Assembly: GCA_012295275.1 (NCBI GenBank)
Contig: CM022671.1
Location: forward strand, 22,134,001-22,198,000
Direction of reading: 5' to 3'
DNA: 64,000 nucleotides
DNA from: Chrysomallon squamiferum
Taxonomy: Eukaryota > Animalia > Mollusca
Every line of letters starts with the position of its first letter. Positions within the stretch are counted from its first letter, which is position 1. Made by a program: the position numbers and the translations under genes. The notes under the pieces were generated by a model. That model ran no database searches and had not been told where the DNA came from. It worked only from the letters and a program-made list of their open reading frames with translations. Positions 48,894 to 60,600 of this stretch are shown piece after piece.

Positions 48894-51800
48894 CTTTTTA
48901 TAATTCTCCCTCTCCTGCAACCATATCTCCAGCTTTTTTTACAATTAAGATCCTTGGGGGGAAAAAAAAAAAAAAAAAATACATCTAAAATAAAATAAAA
49001 TAACTAAATAACTAAATAAATAAAGAAAAAAACAACAACAAATAAAAAGCTTCCAGTCATGTTTCTTTTCAAATATGGTGTCAGAACCCACACTTAAAAA
49101 CAAATTAAAATAATAACACAATGATTTAATTTCAGACAACTTGTGGGCACAGAGTTAAAGTAATTTCAGCTTGATTATGAATGTATTTGGCATATAATTG
49201 AACAGTCTAGCATCATACAAAAATCAATAACAGTGTAACGAGGCATTCTGACATTGTGTTCATTGTTGGATGTCTGATACCCACCCACCACCTTTCACTG
49301 CTCATGTCGTCATGACCAGTCGTGATATACTCACCAACAAATATGATTCACATTCCAACAATTCTGTTGTCAGTAAAATACCATCAGAAAGGAATACTGG
49401 TCAGGTTTAACTACACCTTCCCCAAATAACTTCTTGGTGGTTCTGCCAAAAACAAGCAGAGATGGAAAAAAAAGAAAAGAATTAAAATGAAATAAATTTT
49501 TAAAATGTGAAACTTGGATACATTTGGAACTGTCTGATATATTTTTTGAATATGCGAATTCAGTTGTTAGATTCTTTCTGTTAACATTAAATGTATATAA
49601 ATATTTATTGCGTTCGTGTTATTTCATGAAACATTTTTAAAAAATAAAATAATAAAAAATAAATATAATAACTGTATCTGAGGTGGAAGATAATTTAACA
49701 TCCAGTACTTAGTATTATTCCACCAAGTGGCCATTAATTAAAAATTATATTTGATAAAAACAATTTATAAAAAAAAAAAAAAAAAAAAAAATTATAGGAA
49801 GAAATAGAAAGAAAAAAATAAATAAACTGGAAAAAAAAAAAAAAAAAAAAAAAAATACCCTGTCACCAAGAAGTAGTCCAGGAGTAACTTTCTGAAAATA
49901 AGATGCTTAAATTTATTTATAAATTTTCTAGGTGACATGGCAGACTTGATTTTTGTTTTCTTTGACCCCATTGGCCAAGCTTTGTGTAAGAGAACTTTAA
50001 ACATAGTGGAACACTTAAGTGAGAAACATGCAGACAGGATGAGATTCTATCTTAGCAAGGCAGATGAAGCAGGACATGAAAGTGATAGACAGGTAAAAAA
50101 TAATAGAAAATTATATTATTACAATATTTGTCTTGTATTCTGAAATTATATTTTCCAAAAATAATAGTTTACAAATTGATAATGCTGCAAATTTTAAAAA
50201 AATTAAAATGAATTTTCATTATTTCAGTTTTAAACTAATTAATTTTTAATTGATATTTCAGCTATATTTATTTGTTTCTTTTTCAAAAATATGCTTGAAA
50301 TAATGTTACTGTTAACAAATATTCATGTCTGTGCAATGTTTCGTTGTATGCAGAGAGTTATGATGCAGATAGTGCAGGAATTGTGCAAGCGACCTGGATT
50401 AAATAGAACTGGCTTTGACATGCCCACCATCTATATCCCAAGCATGAATCCAAAGGTATAAAATTATATGTAATAACTAGAAATGAAGAACACATTGAGA
50501 GCATTTTCATGAAGTGATAGCATATATAGCATATATAACTTACAACACAATAAAGTAAAGAAATAAAAAAGAAATAAAAATTATCAGTTGTACTGATAAA
50601 TAAAACATGTTTTATAATAGATTATCATTTCATATATTCAGCAATATAAAATTTATATATTTTTTTTTATGGATGTAGAATTAATGAATATGAATGTATT
50701 TTACACTGAATATTGTTGGGTTTTAATTGTTTTATTGGGTTATTGTAACTGATGTGTACAAGAAATATGACATTATCATTAAGCTTCATTTAACAGGCAA
50801 GTCGATGTGCTAATCAGATAGATCAGGTTTGTAAAGATGTGGAAAAAACAATAAACCAGACCATTCAAAACACACTGAACACACTGGAGAAAGACTGTGA
50901 CCAGATTGCCAACATTGTGGAGAAAAAACTGAAAGAAGACAAGTAATTATTTTAATTAATTAATTAATTTTTTCAGAATTTAAAAAAGAAAAAAAAAAAA
51001 AAAAAAAAGCAATTAATAAACCAATATAAATTCAGACATAAAAAAAAAATATATATATATTTTGTTAGCATTGATACCATTTTCATAACTAAATGCATTT
51101 ATCTTTGCAGTGAAAAGAGTTCTAAAAATATGAAAGCAAGAATCCGTGGATTTGTATTTGGTCTTGTGGGTTTGTTGCTACCACTGTTACTATTAGCAAC
51201 CTTCATGATCAGTACCTCCCACAAAACATTACAGAAATTACTAGGGGAGTCACTAGTTGTTACACTTGGGACATACCTCGTAAGTATTTTAATATAGAAA
51301 ATAAATCCTAGTAGCATCATAATGCAACAACAACAAAAACTGTTAATAACATTAAAAACAAAAAATGCATATTCATTAGTTCATCAAGTCTCATCTCATT
51401 CCATATTTGGGGAATTTCTTTTCTTTTAGTTTAAATTAAAACAAAAATTGTAAGATGTTCATCATTAAAATATAACCAATATTGTAACATTTTGGAACAG
51501 TAATAATCATGAAGGATATTATCCATTTTGAAACAACATTAACAAAAATATTCAGATATTGTCATATTTTTATTGCTGTAATTAAATTTATATTTCTAGG
51601 GTCCATTTGCAACTTTATGGCAGCAGATCCCACCAGCCTTTGCTAATCATGTTATCATTGGAACATTAGTCTTAGCCTTGATAATGTTAATAATTGGCAA
51701 ATTTTTCTCAAGGTAAACATTTTCTTATTCTTCTCTTTTAATTTAAAATTTTCACGCTGAGTAATGATTATGGGAATTAGTATAGTACACCCAGTGATAC

Positions 51801-53251
51801 ATGATTCTTATGTATGGCTGAGCTTTGAGCAGAAACTGGTGCTGTTGAATGTGTAAATGTGTCTTTATTTTATTTTATTTTTTAATTCAGAGATGCTTGA
51901 AATATCAAAATTTTAAACCAATTACTAATATAACATTTATGTCAAATTGGTAATGAATTTTAGTGGGAGTTAATTTCAAGTAAGAATACAGTTTTTTTAA
52001 AAGGTTCATTAATTAACAATTGTAAAACATATACGAATGCAGTTTATTATTCAAGACTTAAAAAATAGTGTAGCAAATATTTTTTTTTATGTAAGAAATG
52101 GATTTGAGTTGGCTGAACCCAACTTACTGTGGACATTTCAAGATTGTAGAAAAAAACCCCTTAAAAACCAAAACAATCAGTGCATTAACATGTGAAATAA
52201 ATATATTTTTTGTGCAAGAAAATAATTTAAGGAAACTCTACCTGTGTAATCAAACCAAAATTATTGAATGAATCCTTTCAGTAAAATCACTGTATTAACA
52301 TCAGAAGAATGGAAATGTCAGCAGCGACTTTGTTCATTTTCATTATATATCTGTTGGATTCTGAATTTAGGATTGTATATAATACATACATGACAGTTGA
52401 AAGTTTATCCATTGCAGTGCAAATGGCTTTCATATCAAACACTGGTATTTTTATCTTTATACAATGAAACAGAAATTAGGAGTTATGTAGACAAATAAAA
52501 TGTACATTTAAATAGTAAAATATCCTTTGTAAAATACAAGATACAAAATTTACTGAATAGTTAAAAGGAATTATCAAAAAATTACCCTCATTATTATGCA
52601 CTAAGATTTTGATATTGTTAACTGCAGCTGCGATAAAAAATCTTTTATTAGCTGACATCATTACAGATTGATTAGAAACTAGTTTTGTTTTCAGGACTGC
52701 ACCGACAATGAATAGAAAACAGAAGAAAAATCTTTTGGAGATCAGGGATTATGTGCAAAATATAGTCAAATCGAAAAAGGTAAATTTGTTGTATATATCA
52801 AGTAAATTGTTGTTTGTTTGCAATAAAAAAAAAATAATACCTACAACAGCAATTTTATTAAATCAAAAAAACAAAATGGCATTAAAGCAGTAATGACCAT
52901 TATAATAAAAGTTTTAAAAAATAAAAAAAATATGAAAAAAAAAAATTATTCGATTTTCAAGAACTAAAAGAAAAATTATGTAATTCTTAAAGTATTTTTT
53001 TTTCCTAAACATGTTTTTCTTTTAAATAGTTTTTTTCAAACCTGCTTCAGTTTAGTTTTTTTCTTTTGTTGTGCCATCATTTTAAATTCAGTTGTACATG
53101 AAACATTTGAGTAGTTTTGAGTTTTATATATACAATAAGTAACAAATCAGTATGTAGATGTTGTTATAACATTTTTTATTATTTTTATTTTTTCCAGCAA
53201 GCTTTATACCAAGAATATCTTAAACAGAGTGTGGCTGACCAAGATTTATAA
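24864..53251 (+). CDS. EHD/dynamin-like P-loop NTPase with C-terminal two-TM hairpin, no EH domain (448 aa, 12 exons)
   Basis: Exons: 24864-24978, 27335-27446, 35618-35711, 44393-44447, 48449-48589, 49932-50092, 50354-50455, 50797-50942, 51111-51279, 51600-51712, 52695-52779, 53198-53251. All introns are GT-AG and phase-consistent (1347 nt). G1 GNHSAGKS, G3 DTPG, G4-like SKAD. Hydrophobic segments [21 protein letters not shown] and [19 protein letters not shown]. Confidence 0.93.
31340..31641 (+). promoter_or_regulatory. Intronic promoter/enhancer-like island with nuclear-receptor elements
   Basis: GGGTGA-g-AGGTCA-ct-GGGTGA (31359-31379, DR1+DR2), TATAAAG (31390), TGACCT-N6-AGGTCA (31447-31464, ER6) and a donor-like AG|GTAACG (31636). 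GC content is higher than in the flanks. Confidence 0.4.
35820..36070. repeat. Compound (TA)n/(TG)n/(CA)n microsatellite
   Basis: Directly visible; source of several YIYIYI ORFs. Confidence 0.95.
46656..46737 (+). ncRNA. mir-745a: miR-745a hairpin (Mir-22 family); mature 3p ~46704-46726
   Basis: The 3' arm AGCTGCCTGATGAAGAGCTGTCC matches molluscan miR-745a as I recall it. It pairs with the 5' arm GGCGGCTTTTCATGTGGCAGTCTTG (46666-46690) across an 11-nt loop. Apical UGUG and a CNNC (CTAC 46743) ~17 nt after the 3' arm. Confidence 0.95.
47245..47329 (+). ncRNA. mir-745b: miR-745b hairpin (Mir-22 family); mature 3p ~47294-47315
   Basis: The 3' arm GAGCTGCCAAATGAAGGGCTGT matches miR-745b as I recall it. 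It pairs with the 5' arm TGCCGCTCTTCCTTTGGTCAGCTATC (47255-47280). Basal stem TGTTG/CAACA and CNNC (CGAC 47331). Confidence 0.95.
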
Positions 53252-53530
53252 ATCTGACAAAGAGAGACAATTCAGTTCAAAGCCTTCATTTTGCACAGTA
53301 ACTTTGGAACTGTTTAGAAATAAGTTGATACTATCATTGACATAAACTTACGTCTATACTATATGTATTAACTATTGTTATTTCTGTTATTTCATTGAGG
53401 TTAATTGCTCAAAATATTTTTTTTTTTTTTTTCATTTTTTGCATAAACTATTTCTTTAAAACTTGCAGTAATTTTTATTCTGAATTTTAATAAATACAAA
53501 CTTTGCAGTATTGGTAAAATAGGTCTAAGC

Positions 53531-54303
53531 CAGTGGTTCCCAAAGGGTGTGTCCAGGCACACTGGTGCACCCAAAGACATCTTAGGTGTGCCCCACGAAA
53601 TTCTAGGATCTAAATATATATTTGTGATGACAAAACCACTTTTGTGAGCTCCGTTGAGGTGAATTTTGGATTAGCAGATTAGCATTTGGCTGATATATTT
53701 CAGCAGCTCAATATTTTGAATGCAAGGAAATGAAGAAAATATTTTGACGTCTACTGATAAAAAGAAAGCATTTCAGAAAAAAACTACTTATCTGGAAGAG
53801 AAGAGCTTCTGAAGGTAATTAGGAAATGTTTCCTTTGACAAGTAAAACTTGCATAAATGATATCTTCCCCTTAATACTTGAACATATGACAAGTTTTTGA
53901 AGATAAATTAAATTATTATTTTCCATCACTTAACACTGAACAATACGCTTGGATTCGAAATCCATTCATAGAAATGTCAGATAATGCTAGTTTAACATTA
54001 ATCAAAAAAGAACTAGCAGCTGTATCCACTGATGGTGGATTGATGATTAAATACAAGAAATCTAGTCTTAAAAAATGTTGGATTTCAATCGGAAAAGAAT
54101 ACCAGTCAGTATCCAAAAATTGAGAAGACACGTCAGGCTCATACTGCCCATCAGCACAAAATAGATGATAAAAAAAAAAAGTATATACACTTCTTTCAGT
54201 TATTTCTTTATTTTTTTACATTTTGCATTATATTTTGCATTATATTTCTTTGCCTGCAGTTTTTTGTAGGGCTCCAACTGTGCCCTGACTTCGAGAACCA
54301 CTG
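53531..54303 (+). mobile_element. Internally deleted, decayed hAT (Buster/Charlie-type) DNA transposon
   Basis: TIRs CAGTGGTTCCCAA / TCGAGAACCACTG and degenerate 8-bp NNNTANNN TSDs GTCTAAGC / GCCTAAAG. Frameshifted transposase C-terminal remnants: LADIFQQLNILN, MQGNEENILTSTDKKKAFQKKLLIW, YYFPSLNTEQYAWIRNPF, CWISIGKEY, RQAHTAH. Confidence 0.9.
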
Positions 54304-57300
54304 GCCTAAAGACAATTTGGCAGTTATATTTTTTTGTTTATTAAAGAAGCTGAAATAATTGATACATAATAATCCTGACAGATTATGCTTACAAAACAGC
54401 TTTAAAATTCTCAGGATTTGTATATTTAGGATTCTCATAAATTGCTCAGTCAGCATTTTGGATTACTAAAACAATACAAATATAAGTTTTAGAAGATTAG
54501 GTTTAATTTATTTTATTTCAAAGTAAACTGTATTTTTTTTATTTAGCATAGTTGACAGGTGATGGGTTGGAAGTAAGATTTTGTTAGAAAAATACGTGGT
54601 TCTTTGAAATATTTTTTTTACAGATGAAGAAAAGGTTATATTGAACGAAAATACAACATTTTCTGCATTTTTGAACAAATGGCACAAACTAAATAATCAT
54701 ATTTATATAAACATTTATGAAATTCATAATTTTTGGACAAATGAATTTTGCATATGAAAATTGGGCTGTTTGAACATTTTACTGGATTGTATTTTCAAAA
54801 ATTATATTATGCCTTAATTTTCTGTATGTAGGAAAACATTATGATCAAAATGAATGAAATAAATTTGTTTAACATTTCTTACTCAAGGCAGCATGATAAA
54901 TATCAATTGTTATTTCATTGTACAGAAATTCCTTTTAAACCTTATATTTTTTTTTGTTCACTGATTTATGTTAAATTTATGAAATCCACAGACATGTTTT
55001 TCTTTATTTGGTGATGGGTATATTTTTGGAGATGGTACTGGAAAGGTAAACAAGAACTGCTTTGGAGTAATTTTCTACTTTATGAAATGCCTTCATGTTA
55101 CTTTTTTCAAACTAATTTTGTTATATTTTCCATTTTGTTTGTTTTTTTAAATAAGGAAGGCATTAGAAAATAAATTTGGTAAATATAAAAACAGAACTTT
55201 AACAGAAATTTTGACTAAATGTTTTGAAATACATTAATAAATTTTCTAAATTGATTTTAGTTTTAAATGCTATTAATTTGGTAAAATGTATTCTGATTAT
55301 GTGCAGTAGCAGTCAAACAAAACATTGAAACATCAGAGGGTTTTTCAGTAATTAAAATTGATAATTTAATAAAATAAAAAAAATTGATATTGCTGTTATT
55401 TAGTGATATTGTCTGTTGAACTCAAAAGTAAATGTATCTTAAATAATTCTGATGAAATATCAATAGTTTTAATTCCTGAAAAAGAATTGTCAATTGCCTT
55501 CCTGCTGCAAAGCAGATTCAAACTGCTGTTGACCTGCTAATTGTCTGCTGAGCTTTTTTTTTTTATTTATTAAATTGAACTGATTTTTTTTTCTCATTTT
55601 TTGTTTTGGGTGAAAAAGGAACATTAAAACCACAAAATTCTTTCATGAATAGTCAATCATATGTGCAATGAGTACAAGAAGGAACAATACTGCTGTATAT
55701 ATATTTGTAGTTTTGCACGTCCATTATTTGTTGAAAACTCCTCTGCTGTGTTCTGCATGTCTCAGATGTACAGGGAGGGGCATGCTTGTGTGTGCATGCA
55801 TGCCTCTGTAAAGAAAAATGAAAAAGGTTTAATCTTTTCATTAAAACTTTAATGTTAACAAAATGAAATTGTGAACAGATTAGATTGTACATTTACAAAC
55901 ATGTTTTCACATTCTTTTTGTATTAATTATCAGTTTGTAAGAATTGATATGTTCGTATCTGATGTACTATGATTAGTCTTTATCTGTTATCTTCAAAAAG
56001 GCAGCTTTTAAAAAATATATTTTGTTCTGAAATGTTTAAGAAACAACGCAATAAATTATTTTCATGAAAAACTTTGGGCTTTTTGTTTATTATTATGAAT
56101 GTTCATCTTTTTTTTTTTTTTTTTTTAATCAAGCAGCAATTCTTGGTTTTACTGTCTCCAACTATAATTCTGTGTTAACAAATCTTGGAGTTAAAAATTC
56201 TGTCAGTTGCTTTTTTGTTATTTTTTGATACTTGAGCTGACTGAGACAGAAGGGGTTTCTGAATTGATTCTTCTTTGTGCACTAGGTGGACATTTTTGTT
56301 TCTATCTGGTTCCTATGACTGAAGGTGTCTTAGTGCCTATGTGATAAATGTAATATAAATATCTTGTAATAAGTACAGCGTTAGTAAACACCTTATTAGT
56401 TAAAATAACCCAAGGAATGGCAGAAGTAGGCTTTCTAATATTCAGAAATCACACAGCTGACATCAAAGTATTAAAATGAATGAATAAGGATCCTTGAAAT
56501 GCACTTGAAAAATGAGTTATTAAATATATTCAGTTCTAGAATCTGCATCATTCTTTGTTATGGACAAGCAGTTACATAAATCATTGTGTTCACTGAGCAA
56601 TAAACTACAACAACAAACTTTTTTTTTTGTTTACTGCCTTGGGGTTGTGTTGTAATAGTTAAAATTTAAGTTTCTTCATTTTCAAAGAAATAATGACAAA
56701 ATGGTAACGTCTTAAACAATTTTTTTATTACTATTTTGTTTCTTAAACATGATTGTTACATGGAGCTAAATAATACAGTGATGTTAAATTTTGGATGTGT
56801 AAGAAAAATACTAAACATAAAAATGTACACTTGCGGAAAATGATTCGTTTTTAAAAAAAAAAAAAAAAAAAAAAACTTAAAAAACAAAAAAACCTTTCTA
56901 TAAAAATTATAAATTAATAATTAAACTTTCATGTAAATGCTATTCTGATAAACAAATCCCATAAAATAGCTCAATGTTTTTAATGTACATAATAAATAAA
57001 ATGTTTTTGTATAGACGAGAAAAGAAGGAAATAAAAATGAAGACAATTCCAAAATAAAATGGCTGTGTGAAAGGTGAAAAATGGAATATTTTGTAAATTA
57101 ACTGTAGCCCTCTGTGCTTCATGACTGTGTGTCTGGAAACAGTATTACTTTTCATGTAAGTAAAAGTCCCAAGATATGCTATATATTTTTAAATCATAAA
57201 AAAAAGTATTTGATTAACTTAATTCAGTGGTATGAAATAAAAATTAACAAGACAGAAATGGTAAATAAAAGTGCGTAGTAAACTAGTGAAGTGGTATTTT

Positions 57301-59143
57301 AAAATGAATATTTTCCTGAATTAATAATCAACAACACAACATCATAAATTTATTTCAAATACTTGTTGATCTGAACTTAAAAATTCCTCCCAAAAACAGA
57401 CTCAACATTTTTTTTGATGCTGCATATTAATTTTGTTTCATTTTTAAGGAAAAAACAATTAACAAGTGTGCAGTTTCAAAAATTGTTTTCTGTTTGTGTA
57501 ATCAATACACACAGTAAACCAAGTTATATTAGTTTTCAAAACTATTTTGTTTTACCCCTTTAATTTAAATAAATTGTTATTAACATAATTATTTTTTATA
57601 TTTTTTCAAATATTACAAGTCATGTAAATTCCATGATATATAACACGTTTTCTTAATTAAAAAACAAAAAAAAAAAAAAAAAAACACAAGCAATTTGTTA
57701 CACTATGTTTAGGACATATTTCTCCTTTTATTTATGGATTTATAAAAATTGTTTAATGAAAATAAATAAAAGTTCTATGAATTTAACTGCATGTAACTTC
57801 CTTTTTTTTTAAAATATTAAGTTTCTTTTTTTATCTTTTGGCACAAAATCACTGAGTTTTATTTGAAATCAAAAACTCTCTTTCAGTCTACAATAAATAA
57901 AAATAGCAAAAAGGTGGATGATATTGCATTACATGAATGTAGAGTACAACAATTTAAAACAAAATAAAAACAATCCACACCTGAAAGCATATCATTTACT
58001 CTGAAAAAAATTATTGCACACTTACATTTCTGTACCAGGTTTTCAAGGAACAATTTTCAAAAAAAAAAAAAAAAAAAAAAAATAATAATAATAATAAAGG
58101 TATTGTTACAAATTGTGCATCATAGATAAAAATTATGGAAATTTCTTCATAAACGAGACATGACTAAATATAGACATCACTGTTTTCACCAACCATCCCT
58201 AGTAGATCTTTGAAAAGAAAGAACCCTCCCAATATTCTTGGATTTAACCTATGAAAATAATTTTGTGTAACATACTCAAATGTTAATAATTAACAGTGAA
58301 CAAAAATATGAATGGTTTAAATATAATGTATACAGAACAGGGAGTCACATTAAAAATATAACAAAGCAACATGTTAAACACATATATAAAAATGATATCA
58401 GTTATAAAACCTTCACACTTAGTATGAGGTATGTAAAATCAAGACATACATATATATATATATATAAAACTATATTAAAGGTAATAATAATGTATAAAGA
58501 GACATCAATGGAAGAAGCACATCTTTTTCTTCTTCTTTTTGTTTTTATTTCTGTAAATTATTTATATACTGTTCATTCACAATATCATTCATGATTTATT
58601 ATTTTTAATTCTTTGTCATGTTCTATGATCAACAACCATGTCTTGGCTGTACAATTTATAAACTTTAAAAAATAGAAGTGTAATAAAATAGCTATAAAAC
58701 TAAACATTTTACAAAGTCCAACTACAACCATATATGTACCATCATGACTAACCTGTTTTGGTCACTGTAATTACTTCGTTGGTAAATGTAAAAAATTATG
58801 TACAAAATATACTATTTTGGTAACGTAAATTTGTAAAAATGAATTAAGAACTTTGGGTGTTTTTTTTTCAAAAAATATATATTGTTACTTTGATTTTAAA
58901 TTTCAATATCTTTTCTTTAAAAAAGAATATATTTTTTTTAAATAAAAGCTAATGTTTTATTATCTTGATTAAATTATTATATGTTTTGGTTTGAAAACAT
59001 TGTGACAGACATACATATATGTATGTAGTTGTGTGAGTGAGTGTGTGTGTGTTAAGTTATAGGTTTTTGTTAAAAAAAAAAATCTAATAAGTCTGGTCCT
59101 GCTGTAAGTTGTAAGAGACATTTATTATTATCTAATACAAAAT

Positions 59144-60262
59144 TTAACTAATAGTGTATTTGTGTTCATCGGGATGACCGTTGACTGCTGTCAGCTGAAA
59201 CAGTGGATCTGACCTCTCATCATGCAGCTTCGACTTCAGGCTGTTCCTGAATTTCTACGGAGTATTAAAAATAAAAAAATTAAATTTAAATTAAAAAAAA
59301 AAAAAAGAAAATATATTAATATTAAAAGAAAATATAATAAATAATAAATAGTTAAAAATTGTAAAATAAGAAATAATTACAATACCACCACCAAAAATAA
59401 AATAATTTATATATATATATTAAATATATAAATGTTTTTTTTCTTATTATTATTATCTTTTTTAATTAACTAAAACTACAAGCAAGAACAAGAACAACAG
59501 AAGTACATGATAAACTATACTCTGTTTTCAACAGATGGCAGCAAAAGATAAATCAAGATAAAAACAATTTACAAAATAAAAATTTAAACAATACTGTCTT
59601 AGTGCTGCTGTGCTTTTACCTGCCATATATTACTTCCTTTAGCCTGGATTACTGCATGGATCATGCCAGCTGGAATGCAGATTATGGACAAAAAGGCAAT
59701 AAGCCAGCCCATGCCCAGTGCCCATGATGGGTACTCATAGTTACCCACAGACAGTGGCCTGTACTGGATCATACTGAATACCCAGATACCCTGAAAATAA
59801 AATTAAAATAAAAAGGTCACAAAATACTACAACACCAACACTAACAACAATAACAATAACAATGGAATAATAATGGAATAATAACAACAACAACAACAAG
59901 AACAGTAACAATAAATAAAAATATCTAATGTCATCTCTATTTAAATTATTTTCCTCTGTGATTTGAAGCTATTTCAAGCATTATTTTATTTATTTGTATT
60001 CATCTGTTTTCCATAAATATTCCTTCAAAGAAAATGGTATCACATTTAGACAGGATATGCATCAAATTGCAGTGATCTGTCACTTTTTAATTCAGGTAAA
60101 AAGAACATCATATTTTCCACATGCTGTTATTTTAAATGACCAACATTTCTACTGACCAGAATGAGTAAAGGTGATACTAAGTACCAGCATGCAATGATAA
60201 AAAATGGAGCTTTAGAACCAGTCATTTCTTCTATGTTGTTACTAAGCCTTCTTGCACCTAGA

Positions 60263-60302
<40 letters not shown>

Positions 60303-60569
60303 TAAAAATAATAATAACAGAAAATAATTATAACAATTATAGAAATAAATAATTTAAACAATAAAAACATCAACAACAACAACAACAATAGTAATAATAA
60401 TAATAATAAAAGATAATAGTTACATCAAATAGAAATAAAATATAGAAATATATAGTTTAAATAATAATAATAATTACAATAATGATGATGTTGGTGATAA
60501 CAATAATAATAATAATGATAAGATAATAATCATAACAACTGCAAATACATTATAGTAATACATATATTA

Positions 60570-60600
<31 letters not shown>

